Part shown: positions 34,919-46,463 of the stretch, piece by piece
Layout of the letters: each line of letters opens with the position of its first letter
Numbering within the stretch: the first letter of the stretch is position 1
Assembly: GCF_000485595.1 (NCBI RefSeq)
Contig: NW_014577088.1
Location: 127,615-177,338 of the forward strand
Source of the DNA: Priapulus caudatus
Lineage: Eukaryota
Direction: 5' to 3'
Length of the DNA: 49,724 bases
The notes under the pieces: model-generated
Database searches by the model: none
The model's input: the letters and a program-made list of their open reading frames with translations, nothing else
Told to the model about the DNA's origin: nothing
Made by a program: the position numbers and the translations under genes

Positions 34919-37134
34919 CTTTTAAATTTTATAATTATTGCAAAATCATTGCGTAATTGAGTCATTTCAGTGACAATTAATGTTGTTGTATCATATTCAT
35001 TCCATTGGAGCATCTCATGCGTAGTGATAATTACATGCAAAAAGTCTGCATCTTTCTTGTGTTTAGCAAAAAGCTGGCGGTGTAAATGTTCCAGCCAGGG
35101 ATACAGCAGAATGTCTAAGTTTTAGAAATTCAGAAACTAGTCAGAAATAAGAGATAAATTAACATTATTTGCCTTTAACGTTTTTACAACGTTATAAATT
35201 TGAAAACAGAAAAACTTGCTAATTCAAGAGAATATCATCACCTCTAGTCTCCTGTTTATAACAGTGGCTGTCTGAGCTGCGTGATAGGGTGGGTATTCCA
35301 GGGGGTGGGGAGAGGTTGTATCAAGTAACACATGGCATGAGGGCCTGTAGTGATGCTGGTAGACGTAGTGTGGGCGGCATACACGCTTGTTCACAGTAAG
35401 CTGAGTAACTGCTGCAGCATATAGCTGCTCCATGTATTTGTGTGTGCATAAGCAAGCCTACTCGGGCCCGTAGTGCATGTGGTGCTTGTAAGCCTCAGTT
35501 CTCATACATGTGCAGCTATAATTACGCTCTATACAATCTTGTGTACTTGGATCTCGTTTGAATGTTGACGTTGAAAATTCCCATTTTTGTCTACATTTAC
35601 AGTCGAGGATGCTTGCAATACTCAAGTGAATTATTCAGTGTGGGGTAAACTACAAACTGACTTCACACTATTCCTTCATCGGCTGTAAACTACTTGAAAG
35701 GTAAGCAATTATATGTTTACTTGCATGCAAAATTCAGCATTTGTAGTAAACCTTTCAGTATTAGACATATGGGCATAAATTTTTTTAATGAAACCTATCC
35801 ATGATATATATTTGGCCATCATGATTTCCATGTAAAAGTTTCATGTAGAAGTTGAGTGGCTCGAACGATAGAGCTGTCACTCTGCACCCTCAAGTTGCAT
35901 AAAATTGTTACGTTTGAATCAGTTGCACAAGTATTTTACAAATATTTAAAAATTTTGATACTGATTGAACACGAGCATGTACGATTGTAGCATGCCTTGC
36001 AAAGTGTTTATAAACATGCTGGTTATAATCTCTAGCACTGTTGTTTTGTTTTGCTTGGTGTGTATCGTGTGTGCATACTATTTGAATATTTATGCCTGCT
36101 GTTACGGGTGACTATAGTAGGATTGGCCCCCTAATACTAGTATAGGCATACAGTATATACAAAATACAATAATTCCTTACGTGCAAAAGTCTTTTACACA
36201 AACAATATAGTAGTGTCACGTTTATATCCTGCTTGATACAACGTACCCCCTGCATTACATGGTGTGCATGTGTGCATATGTTTGAGTAGTTTTAGTCGGC
36301 AAGTAACATTATACTATAGTGTTCCTTGGCACGAATGCAGTCAAAATTAATGCATGGTCTTGCAAACACAAGACAGGAACTAAAATATATACATGGGCGG
36401 GAAAATCTCTAATAGATGGCATGAGTGATGCAGTGCATTTTTGTACACCTTATAATCACAATGTATCAATCAGCTAAATATCACGCGTATTCGCGTTCAT
36501 AATGATCGATCTGACATGTGCGTGAGCGGGTAATTATAGTCTTCATGTATAACTCGATTGCTACCTATTGCATTAATTATCAGTGTTCATGCATGTTAAA
36601 GATGGACGAATTTAATGGTTAAATGAAGTTGGTTGTCTCGGAGTTGATGACAACACCTTTTTGTCTGCAACGCCATTACATTACATACGTGCGTTTTAAT
36701 ATATAATGGTTTAAATTAGTATTATGTTCATGTATCTCATATAGTGTGATTGATAACTGAGTTGAATTGTATTTTGCGTACAAGGGAATTCTGTGTGGAG
36801 TGTTGTAGTGGATGAGTTGTAATCGGTCTCTAAAATCGCCAGTAATGCAGTGCTGTCGATGCGGTAACAGAGCAGCACGCCGAGAAAGTCTCGAAATGGC
36901 AGTAAAGAAATCCATTCCAGACAGCCATATCACTGAGAGTGTATCGCATAGCGCTTTGTAGTGGTGTTCCCACTCAGCCGTATAGATGCGCTCACTGTAC
37001 GCTTTCAGTGTTTGATATCCGCAGATAGATAAGTGAAGTTATTTGTCAATCGTCATCGTATCAATCAATCGTTCATCGATAAACTATATCACAATAGAAG
37101 TCACACTTGAGTATTTTACGTATGCATGCATGCA

Positions 37135-37139
<5 letters not shown>

Positions 37140-37171
<32 letters not shown>

Positions 37172-38264
37172 ATATAATATATATATAGGGTTAGGGGTAG
37201 GGTTAGTCAGAAATAGCTATTGATCATTAGGCTTTGAGCCAGTTGACTATTTAAATCTAGTGGCATCTAAAGTTGAGCTAAATTTGAAAGGTTATGCCAT
37301 ACAATCCTGCCACCAGAACTCCGGCTATAATCTGGTTATGGAGTTTGTAGTTCTTGAACCGGTTAGTATTGCCATTGCTCTTCAGAGTAATGAGGCATGT
37401 CTATTATCGGAAGTCCGTTGGAAACATTTTATTGATCCGAATTGTGCATGCAAACTGCGACGGCTGTTGAATTTACACTATGCCCGTATAGTGTGTTTGC
37501 TCCTCTGTACGTACAAGAGTGGAAAATGTAGACAAACCTTCTGCGTTTCTGCACCTAGGCACTGCGTAAATTATTGCTGTATGTCCCCCAGGCAGTTTCA
37601 AGGTCGAATTGACAACTACTCTAATTGTCAACAGACCGCATACCTGTTGACAATATATGCAGTGTTTCCCCTGCATTGACACGAGCGAGGCACACCACCT
37701 CGCTCAAATTTTCAGCCGCCTCACAGATATTTGTCCAAAACACCGCCTCGCTGACGAAAATCACTGTTCTTACATAGAACAGTGCTTATAATGCACCAAA
37801 ATAGCTTAGAAAGCACCACATTGCACCAATTTTTCCAAAAGGATCTCGAAACGCGCAAACACACCAAACAAAATTTACCACCTCACAGACCTTTTTGGAC
37901 AGGGGAAACACTATATGTGTGTGTGTGCGTGTGCGTGTGCGTGTGCGTGCGCGTGCGCGTGCGCGTGCGTGCGTGCGTGCGTGTTTTCTTGTTTTACAAT
38001 ATCTGGCTGACCAATTCAAAGTTATGAATGTTATGATAACTGAAATATATTTACAACAAGAAAATTAATATGTTACTTGATAAGTGAAACTGTGAGACTA
38101 TTCCTATCTAGACTAGTCTAAGTCTCCAAGAGCAGAAATACTAGACCTGCTTACTGGAAGCGAAATACTCCATCGAGGGTGTGAAAGAATTGTGGGTGTG
38201 CCAAATACATAGTGCCAGGTGATCGACACTATCTAATATTATATAAAATTAGGTAATGATAATA
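37140..38264 (+). repeat. Near-identical 1.1-kb direct repeat, copy 2
   Basis: Same sequence as 33795-34918; the ORF-track peptides at 33914 and 37260 are identical. Confidence 0.95.
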
Positions 38265-38499
38265 TATATATGAAATCTAAGTTAAATCAAATGCTCAAGT
38301 GGTACATTAATGGAAAATATCTGCAGGTTGAGCAGAGACATCGAGACAGTATGAATGGGCGGAGTTACTACTTTACCAGTAGTGCGCATCACTGGGAAAT
38401 ATTATGTAGACGGCCACAGTCAGATCTAGGGGTCTTGGAATTTAAACTGTATCTGTAATAGTAACAATCCAACAATAATGGTAATGTAATGTAGTAGTA

Positions 38500-39300
38500 A
38501 TTCTAACAATTCGCGTGATGATGTTCATATATCGATGCATCATCATCGTCCCGGAACTTGAACCCTGAACAGCTGCGTGCAGCAAGCAGCAGTCGGACAT
38601 GTTGGGGTGTGCGCGCCGGGGATATACACACTATGTGCAGAGCGCTAACTGGGCGCAGTTTCACCGCCAAGCTAGCTGGTTAGCTCTACGTGTATTTTTA
38701 GTAGCTAGTAAATTTCATGTGTACATGTGTGCCCCGTGCCCACGTGATGAGCTTAACGAGAAAGAAGGTGATGCCGCGGCGGTGGCGCTAGTGAGAGGGT
38801 AGGGTGCTACATGGTTGTGGCTTTGTCTGAAGCTGCAGGCGGTCTAGCACGTGCTACAACGGCGCGTGCAGTGATCACGTGGGGAGTCGAACCGCAGAGT
38901 CACATGATTGATGAGAGCTGGATTTTTTCTCTAGCAGCGCGTGCGTCTACGGGCGCGTGCTCTTTAGGTCAATGGCCAACGCGTTGCGCAGCAGAATAAG
39001 AAGATGATTACGTGGGCTTCAGCATAAGGCCAAAAACCACTTTCGCGTACAGACTTCAACAACACGGAAGTCGTATAGCATCCGTTTCAGTTCAGCATCA
39101 GTTTTCGTATAGGAAAAACCCGCGCTCGCAGCCTGGGTGTGCGTGTCTTATACGCGTTTCATAACCGGAGATTGCTGATGCCAGGGACGATACACAACGT
39201 AATCGTTGGGCGCGCGGTGATGGACAGGATGTTTTTACACTAATTAATCGATGTGCTGACGTGTCAGCTGTTTTTAACATGACACTAAAATTAGTTTTGA
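38500..39300 (+). promoter_or_regulatory. CpG-rich putative promoter of the ankyrin gene with E-box/HRE cluster
   Basis: CACGTG at 38741, 38848 and 38876; TACGTG at 38687 and 39009; GACGTG at 39258; CGGAAGT at 39065; Inr-like TCAGTT at 39087 and 39098. No TIRs seen. Confidence 0.45.
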
Positions 39301-40458
39301 TCGCGCACAAGTTGCGAGAGTGCAGCTATGGAGGGATGCTCGCATCGTGGCAGCAGGCTTACTGGCTTCATATATATACTATCATGATACTATCAGGAGT
39401 GATACCATGTCGTGAAGTGTTTGTTGGGTCGATCGAATCATTGAAATCGCGAGCACTAGCGTCGTCTTCGTAGTGCCACATCCCATGTGAGTCATTAATT
39501 GTTTTTGATGCGTTTAAAGGAGGGATATCTGAGAACATGACATCACATTATGATTTCTTCCTGCTACTCGCACAACCACACCCTACTTACTCATAATCGG
39601 TGACTGATACGGTCCGGGTTGCATTTCTTAATTTGGTTAGAGCACAGAAATGTCTATATTGGCCTTGCTAACATGGAAGACAGGTGTGAGAGTAGCATCA
39701 ATATGCTATCAGTTAACTCTGGTGGGGAATATGTGGTTACACTGTAAGGCACCACTGCCGAGTCAGTTCTGTTCTATTTATTTTTGTTCTCAAGGAAACC
39801 GCGTTGTTTACACGATGTTGTAGAAGAGCTAGACGCAGTGCAACGTAGGGGGTGAACATTTCCGATCACGTCTATATATATGTCCCATTGATACAGTAGG
39901 CTAGCATGGACTTTGTGGTAGTCCGGGAGAGATTTATTTAGGATGACATAACCTGGTCATCTCTAGACTGTTAGTTTGTTATTTACAAGTAGATAATCAG
40001 AGCATTAGCAGAAGTCGGTCGTATCGGTTGATCGATCAAGATACATACAGAGAAAACAAATTACATTCAGACATCGCTTTTGCTCTGTGAACGTTGCTTG
40101 CTCCTATTTGGTTTTGCATGGGTTTTCACCTTGATTTGGTTGGATTATCGTGGATCAGCTATCGACAAGAACACATAAACTATCTCTTTTCGCAGTTTAT
40201 GTGCTCTTGCTGTCGTGCATGTTGTTTGCGGTGCTGTTTGCATGCTGTTGCCGTGGTGCATCTTGGAACAACTTGGAGTCGTTTGCACGCGTAGAACCAT
40301 TTTCAGCGGCTCCTGCCGTTTTGTCTCCAAATTCGTGACGATTTCGCGTTGTTTGCAGTTCTTTCAGCACCCGCCTCTCTGTCTGCAGACGTCTCTTCTA
40401 TCGCCTCCAGTCTCGCGTGCGTGCGCACTCTCTCTCTCTCCCTCTCGCTCGCTTCGAC

Positions 40459-41718
40459 ATGGCCGAGAACACGCCGCCAGAGGGAGCCGCGTCGTGCGAG
40501 CACATGTCGAACATCACCGCGCTGACGAACGCTTGCTGCAGCGGCGACAAGCTGCAGGTGAGGGCGCTGCTACAGCTCGGCGTGCCGCTCGACCGGCCGG
40601 ACATGCTCGGCCTGACGCCGCTACAGCGCGCCGCGCGCAACGGCTTAATCGACATCGTCGACCTGCTGCTGCAGCACGGCGCCGACGTCGGCGTCGCCAA
40701 CGAGTCGCGCGAGGGGGCGCTGCACTTCGCCGCGAGCTACGGCTATGCGCAGATCGTCGGGCTGCTGCTGCAGTTTGGCGCGGACGCGAACGCGCGCGAC
40801 GTCGACGGCCGCACGCCGCTGCATGCCGCCGTCAGCGAGGGCTTCGCCGACGCGACGCACGTGCTGCTGCGCTACGGCGCCGACCGCTGCGTCGTCGACG
40901 ACGCCGGCATGACGGCGCTGCATCTCGCCGCCAGCCTCGGCCACCTCGCCATCGCCAAGCTGCTGCTGACGCCGCGCGAGGCGCGTCCGACGGCGGCGTA
41001 CTGCCGCGCCGACGACGCGGGCAACGTGCCGAAGCTGGAGACGATCGTCAAGATGCTCGCGCGGCACGCCAACTCGGCGTTCGTCAACGCCGCCGACCGC
41101 AAGAGCCGCACGGCGCTGCACTTTGCCGTGTGGCGCAGCGCCGAGTTCACCGTCTTCCTGCTGCAGAACGGCGCCGACCCGAACTCGGTCGACGGCAGCG
41201 GCTGCACGGCGTTCCACGTCGCCTGCATGGAGCCGCTCAAGCACAACGCGCTCATCCTGCTGAGCTACGGCGCCGACCCGGTGTCGGCGTCGCGCGACGG
41301 CCGCACGCCGATGCACGTGCTCGTCACCGACATGCTCATCTACCTGAGCCGGCTGCACGGGCTCGCCGGCGCGCAGCAGCAGCAGGTCGTGCTGCCACCG
41401 CAGAAGCTCACCGTGCTGCACATCCTCAAGGTGCTCATCGCCTACCCGCTGCACATCGACGTGCCCGACCGCGAGGGCTTCACGGCGTTCGGCCTCTGGC
41501 AGGAGGTGTACATGAAGCGCACCTGGCTCTACTCGGCCTACTTCGACTCGGTGAACGTCATCAACGAGCGCATGAACGAGCTGTTCTTCTTCAAGCTGAA
41601 GTGCGTCGCGGCGCGCGCCGCCACCAAGTACCGGCTGCCGTACAACGATCCCGAGCTGCTGCACAAACACTTAGTCGACTTGGTCGGCAAGCACGACAAA
41701 TACGCCATCGAGAGGTGA
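40459..41718 (+). CDS. Intronless ankyrin-repeat protein (419 aa, ~8 ANK repeats) with C-terminal Fem-1-like BC/VHL(SOCS)-box; putative Elongin BC-cullin E3 substrate receptor
   Basis: Kozak context gacATGG at 40459, just after pyrimidine-rich acceptors (40388, 40410). ANK motifs GLTPLQRAARNG, GALHFAASYG, GRTPLHAAVSEG, GMTALHLAASLG, RTALHFAV, GCTAFHVAC and GRTPMHV. C-terminus LKCVAARAATKYRLPY...LVDLVGKH. Strong GC3 codon bias. Confidence 0.9.
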   Translation: MAENTPPEGAASCEHMSNITALTNACCSGDKLQVRALLQLGVPLDRPDMLGLTPLQRAARNGLIDIVDLLLQHGADVGVANESREGALHFAASYGYAQIVGLLLQFGADANARDVDGRTPLHAAVSEGFADATHVLLRYGADRCVVDDAGMTALHLAASLGHLAIAKLLLTPREARPTAAYCRADDAGNVPKLETIVKMLARHANSAFVNAADRKSRTALHFAVWRSAEFTVFLLQNGADPNSVDGSGCTAFHVACMEPLKHNALILLSYGADPVSASRDGRTPMHVLVTDMLIYLSRLHGLAGAQQQQVVLPPQKLTVLHILKVLIAYPLHIDVPDREGFTAFGLWQEVYMKRTWLYSAYFDSVNVINERMNELFFFKLKCVAARAATKYRLPYNDPELLHKHLVDLVGKHDKYAIER

Positions 41719-43762
41719 TTGCCGCGGCGGCGGCGATCGCGAGCGCATGCGGAGAATTGGGCGGCGCGTCACGGTTATTGAGTTTGCGCGCTAATGTGGC
41801 TTCAGCTGCGAATGTCGGTCTCAGCGGTGTCAGCGGCATCGAGAATGGAGCGACACCGCGAATGGAAATGGAAGAATAAGACGCAATGATGCTGTGGGCA
41901 AGAGATCTGTCGGTCTCGCTGCTGCGGAAGCTCGTAATGACGTTAATCGTCCAGGAGCTTCGGAAAATCGTTCAGTCAAGTCACTATGAATGAGTCTCGA
42001 GTTAAGCAAGCCGATTAAAAACTTTTTTTTATCTTTGCTATGTCGGAGCAGATTCTAGTGGCCGTGTGTGTAATTTGAGAGAGCATATATGTATGCAGGA
42101 TATTTTTTTTAAGTCGGGGATTAAGAGTTGCACCTTTTTCCACCGGATGTGGAAAATCTGGTACACAGAACATGGTACAGTGAGTGTACCAGCGTACCGC
42201 GGCCATAGAAAACAAAGACGTTGTTGATATATCTTAAAATTTTAATAATGCTTATGTGACCTATTAATTAATTAGTTATACTTGACTTTTTATGATAAAT
42301 ATTTATACATTGACTGTGAATTTTAACATAGACCGTCCCTAATGTATGGCTAATGATAGTAAGCTTGATACATACGTGTGTGTGCTGGCCGTTGTTTTGG
42401 CCATTGCAGTGCCACTAAAATTTCTGCGTTCTCTACTGTAGCTGGCTGGTTTCAGTCTGAAATTTCATATATTTTGGTGCTTTTAGAGTTATGTGTAGGT
42501 TGCTGCAGCTGGCTTATATTCTGTATACTCGCGTATTTACTGTATACTCTGCTGAAGCTGGCAGGCTTCAGTATGCAGTTTCCTATATGTCAGTGCCTTC
42601 AGAGATATGTTTAGTTAACTGCAGCCGACTAGATTTAGTAGAGTTCCGTATAGTCTTATGCTAGCTATTTGCCTTCACTGGAAGTTTTGTATACTCTAGC
42701 TGGCTGACAGATATATTGTAGATAATGGTTATATATTTATAATTTATTGAATCACAAAAGTAAATAACTTAACATTGTATTAAGAAAACTATATGCTTAT
42801 AACAGTTGAGACAGTTCCCGGTGTTAACCGCGCGTAGTAATTTTTTTTTATCCAACGCTCTAGGCAAGAATGAGCACGCGGCTACACGTATTTACACTTT
42901 CCAAACAAAGTTATACGCTACACGGCTGGAGCTTTACTTGAATTTTGAAAACTGTATTTCGACTTGCGGGTTGTGGCTGTGTGCATATATTACTAGTAGT
43001 TGAATTTTTATACCACTTGTGTAAAGAATTTGATAAAGGTTTTCTGTTTGCCAACTACTCGTTGAATCGCGTAATAAAATGCGTGAAAAGCCCGTCTCTA
43101 TAGCAGAGTAATAATTGCTGCAGTATAATCCCATGGCTATGACATGTTTCATAATTAACTTTGCAGCAATTTAATCGCAGATTGAACAATGCGTTGAGTA
43201 TTTGCTGTCTGTTGTCGTCAGTTATTGATTATAACTATACAGAATTTAACTTGTTCTGGTTTTAGTGATAATGAAGTGAGGGAAATTTGCCACAAACTTA
43301 ACACGAGTTTTGATTGCACAACTTCGGGTGAAGCGTTATAAAATATTCTCTTATATATACGCGTAGAATACTCAGTGGCTTTGTTAAGGAAATTGTATGT
43401 ACATTTTTATGGCAAATAAAGCTGCAATATAAACGTTTTTCGTTATGTAATTAATCGAATTTTTTACTAATAACTTTATACTATAAATACTATGAATAAG
43501 TGCTAACTTTGTCTTCGTTTCCCGCTTTAATTGCGGCTGCAATTTGCTTGATCATTTGGCGGTTGCTATAGGAGATATGTAATGTTCACCTGCCCTTATA
43601 TGGCAATCACTCATCATTAAGATTGTCACCAACTAAACATAGGGAGAGTAGTGCGAGAGTTCTGCTTCTTTGCATTATCGATGCTTTTTTTAGTGAGGCT
43701 GCCCGCCAATCTAGTTAGTGATTACGTCACCGTAAATGGTAAAAATATAAAAAATATTTCAA

Positions 43763-43898
43763 CTTTTTCACAGAATATAAGTAATTCTGTTCACTTTTTA
43801 TGGTTAAATTGCTGCATTATACTTCCTGTCGCTTTTTCACAAAATATAAGTAATTCTGTTCACTTTTTATGGTTAAATTGCTGCATTATACTTCCTGT
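43763..43898 (+). repeat. Tandem duplication, 2 x 69 bp
   Basis: ctttttcaca(g/a)aatataagtaattctgttcactttttatggttaaattgctgcattatacttcctgt occurs twice. Confidence 0.9.
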
Positions 43899-44815
43899 TT
43901 TACTATATTGTTCGATGTGAACATACACAGCAATTAATGTTGGGAACATTAATATCAAATCGTCCAGGTTTTTTTAACTAGGTGAGAAACAATTTTATGA
44001 GGTAAGAATTTGACCATACGTTTAGTCCCGTTATAGTTCTTCTACTTTTAATGTAAAAAAATGGGGAATTTTTTTACAAATTTTACCATAGAAAATTCGT
44101 CACGTAGTCAATTTAAGTACTTGTTCTTCTCATTCCCGTGTGTAGTAGTATTTGCACCTTGAGAGTGCGGCATTAATATTCAACAGAAATTGACATTTTC
44201 TCGGTTAGTTCTGTGTTATATATCATTCAAAGTCGTCAGTAATTTTAAAGGATCCTTAATTGTGAGGGGTTTTTCGTGGTTATCCATTGACCCTTTTCGC
44301 ACTTCCTGGCCTCTCGTAACGTAGATTAACGATTTCCAATAGAAAAACATTATAAATTTACATTTTAACAAGCACCGTATCGACGATAAGACCACGGCTC
44401 GGAAATTGGTCTGTTTGTGTCGCCCTGCCGCCGCCGGTACCGCCGCCGGTTCCGCCGCCGGTAGAATTGGCTGCCATTCGATCGATAGAGGAAAAGAGGT
44501 TAACGGTTATATTTCGATTGCGACGATGTGTAATGTGTTTCTCAAAACGACCGAGTTGCCTCGTTTGCGGTAGGCGACAGCGGCAGTGGAGTGGTTGGTT
44601 CTATTCGTGCTGTAATGCGTAGAAAGGCACGTAGCCTGATGGCGGCGGCATTGTCAGCACGTCATCACCGCGTATATATACTAGCGATGTTCATGGCCCA
44701 TCTTGATGGCTATCTTTCCACTCCCTCTTCCGCAACTATCTGTCTCTACCCCCAGTCCCTCGCGGCACAATTATAGTTCCACTCTCTTCTCAGTCAGTCA
44801 CGCGCCCCCTAGCTA

Positions 44816-44877
44816 AGCTCTAGTACTATAGCCCTTATTCGCTACAAGGGCGAACAAGGGCTATAGTACTAGAGCTA
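44816..44877. repeat. Short palindromic MITE-like hairpin (27-bp arms)
   Basis: agctctagtactatagcccttattcgc / gcgaacaagggctatagtactagagct. Confidence 0.75.
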
Positions 44878-45772
44878 CCCGTCCCCCCAGCTTAAGGCAT
44901 CGCCACTATTACATTTTTTTATAGTGGGTAGTACTCGACCGTAGTCACAACATCACTGAGTGTACTTCAGGCTAATGTCGTGTCCAACGAGGGTTGTCCA
45001 TGCATGGCTGTACGTGTGTCGAGTGCGTGCGTGCGTGCACGTTGCGTGTCACAGCCCAGCAGTACTACAGCACCCACTGTTCAGCACACTCTCCGCTGTA
45101 TCGCAGTGGTTAGTTTGCACTCTCTAGGGAGAACCTGCGATAGACAGCTGAAGTCTGAATGCGAGACATCGATGCCGCTTCACCGTGGGGGGTCGAGGAG
45201 ACATTGAATATGCGTTTTGAATGTCTTGTAAAGCAAAGACCTCGTTTCGTGTGAGATTTATATTCATGCGTGAATTATAAATGACAATGTAATTGGATCT
45301 TCTCGCGGAATGTTTTGATTAGGCAGAAGTGCCGTGCGTATTTCGCATATTCACTATCCGGTTCGGACCGTGCCTTCGTGCATTATAGATGCAATATTAA
45401 CTCCTCCGTCGACTCCTTCAATTATTTCACGCCGGGCTGACGGGATCATAGACTGTCGCTGATTTGTAAAGATCAGGTGCATGCGCCCCGCGCGACTGAA
45501 TAATCGATAAAACCTGGCAAGTGGCGGCGCATGTCTACTACTTTCGTCACAACAAAATTAATGTGGCTGCGTGCTTGCTGCGTTACGACGCTGTGTCTGC
45601 GGTTGTGTGTCGTGTGTGTAACACGGAGAGTGCAGGTTTGCGCCGGCGATCTGCGCCGCGCTCGTATGGATTTAACTTGCCCGTATCTGAGTGGAATTAG
45701 GCGCTGAACCTCCATGGTAAGTGACTCTGTAAATATTTGTTTCGGTCAGCTGCTGACGTGTGGTGTCGGTAG

Positions 45773-46246
45773 TAGGCTTAGATACAAATATCGGGATATT
45801 TTTTGTGTTATTTAGAAGTTCCGGCGATGTTTAGAAAATTCCGAGATATTTAGAAAACAAATTTATTTTCTGGAATATTTACGACTTTTAAAGCATCTTT
45901 TGGGGATTTTCTGGGTTTTTCTTTGATAAACCCGAGCCAGCAATATAACTATCCAGCGGTGTTACTAGTAGCTTATTGCAAACAACTCATGCCATTGCAC
46001 ATGTACTGTACTGTATATTTCATTGACATTGGTAAAACAGTAGAATGTCTACTGTATAGTGAGAAGTTTGTTTGCGATTTTTTCGCACACTATATATATG
46101 TTTAAAGGACATTATGTTGAAACAACTGAGATATTTAGAAAAATTTTGGGGATATTTAGAATTTTTTTTTAGATATTTAGAGATTTTTTTGAAAATTTCC
46201 GGAAACATATTTAGGCAATTTTTTGAGATATTTCTATCTAAGCCTA
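45773..46246. mobile_element. hAT-like MITE, 8-bp TSD gtcggtag/gtcagtag
   Basis: TIRs taggcttagatacaaatatc / gatatttctatctaagccta; internal gatatttaga repeats. Confidence 0.85.
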
Positions 46247-46430
46247 GTCAGTAGCGAGCAGCGTAGTTGGTGAAATAGGTAGCGCGGTGGGGATGGATGG
46301 ATGGGAGCGGTCAGAGTGAAAGACGAGCCGATGCGTTGCTGTACCTGTGTGTTGTGTCCCACGTGCCCTTTTTAGTCTAGCTCTGTGCATCCTGTCGTTA
46401 TTCTGAGAATATATATATATATATAAATAA

Positions 46431-46463
<33 letters not shown>

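Noticed and set aside
40215..41879. 554-aa Arg/Ala-rich ORF (+) and 341-aa antisense ORF 40645-41670
   Set aside because: Shadow frames of the GC3-rich ankyrin CDS; low complexity and no domains.
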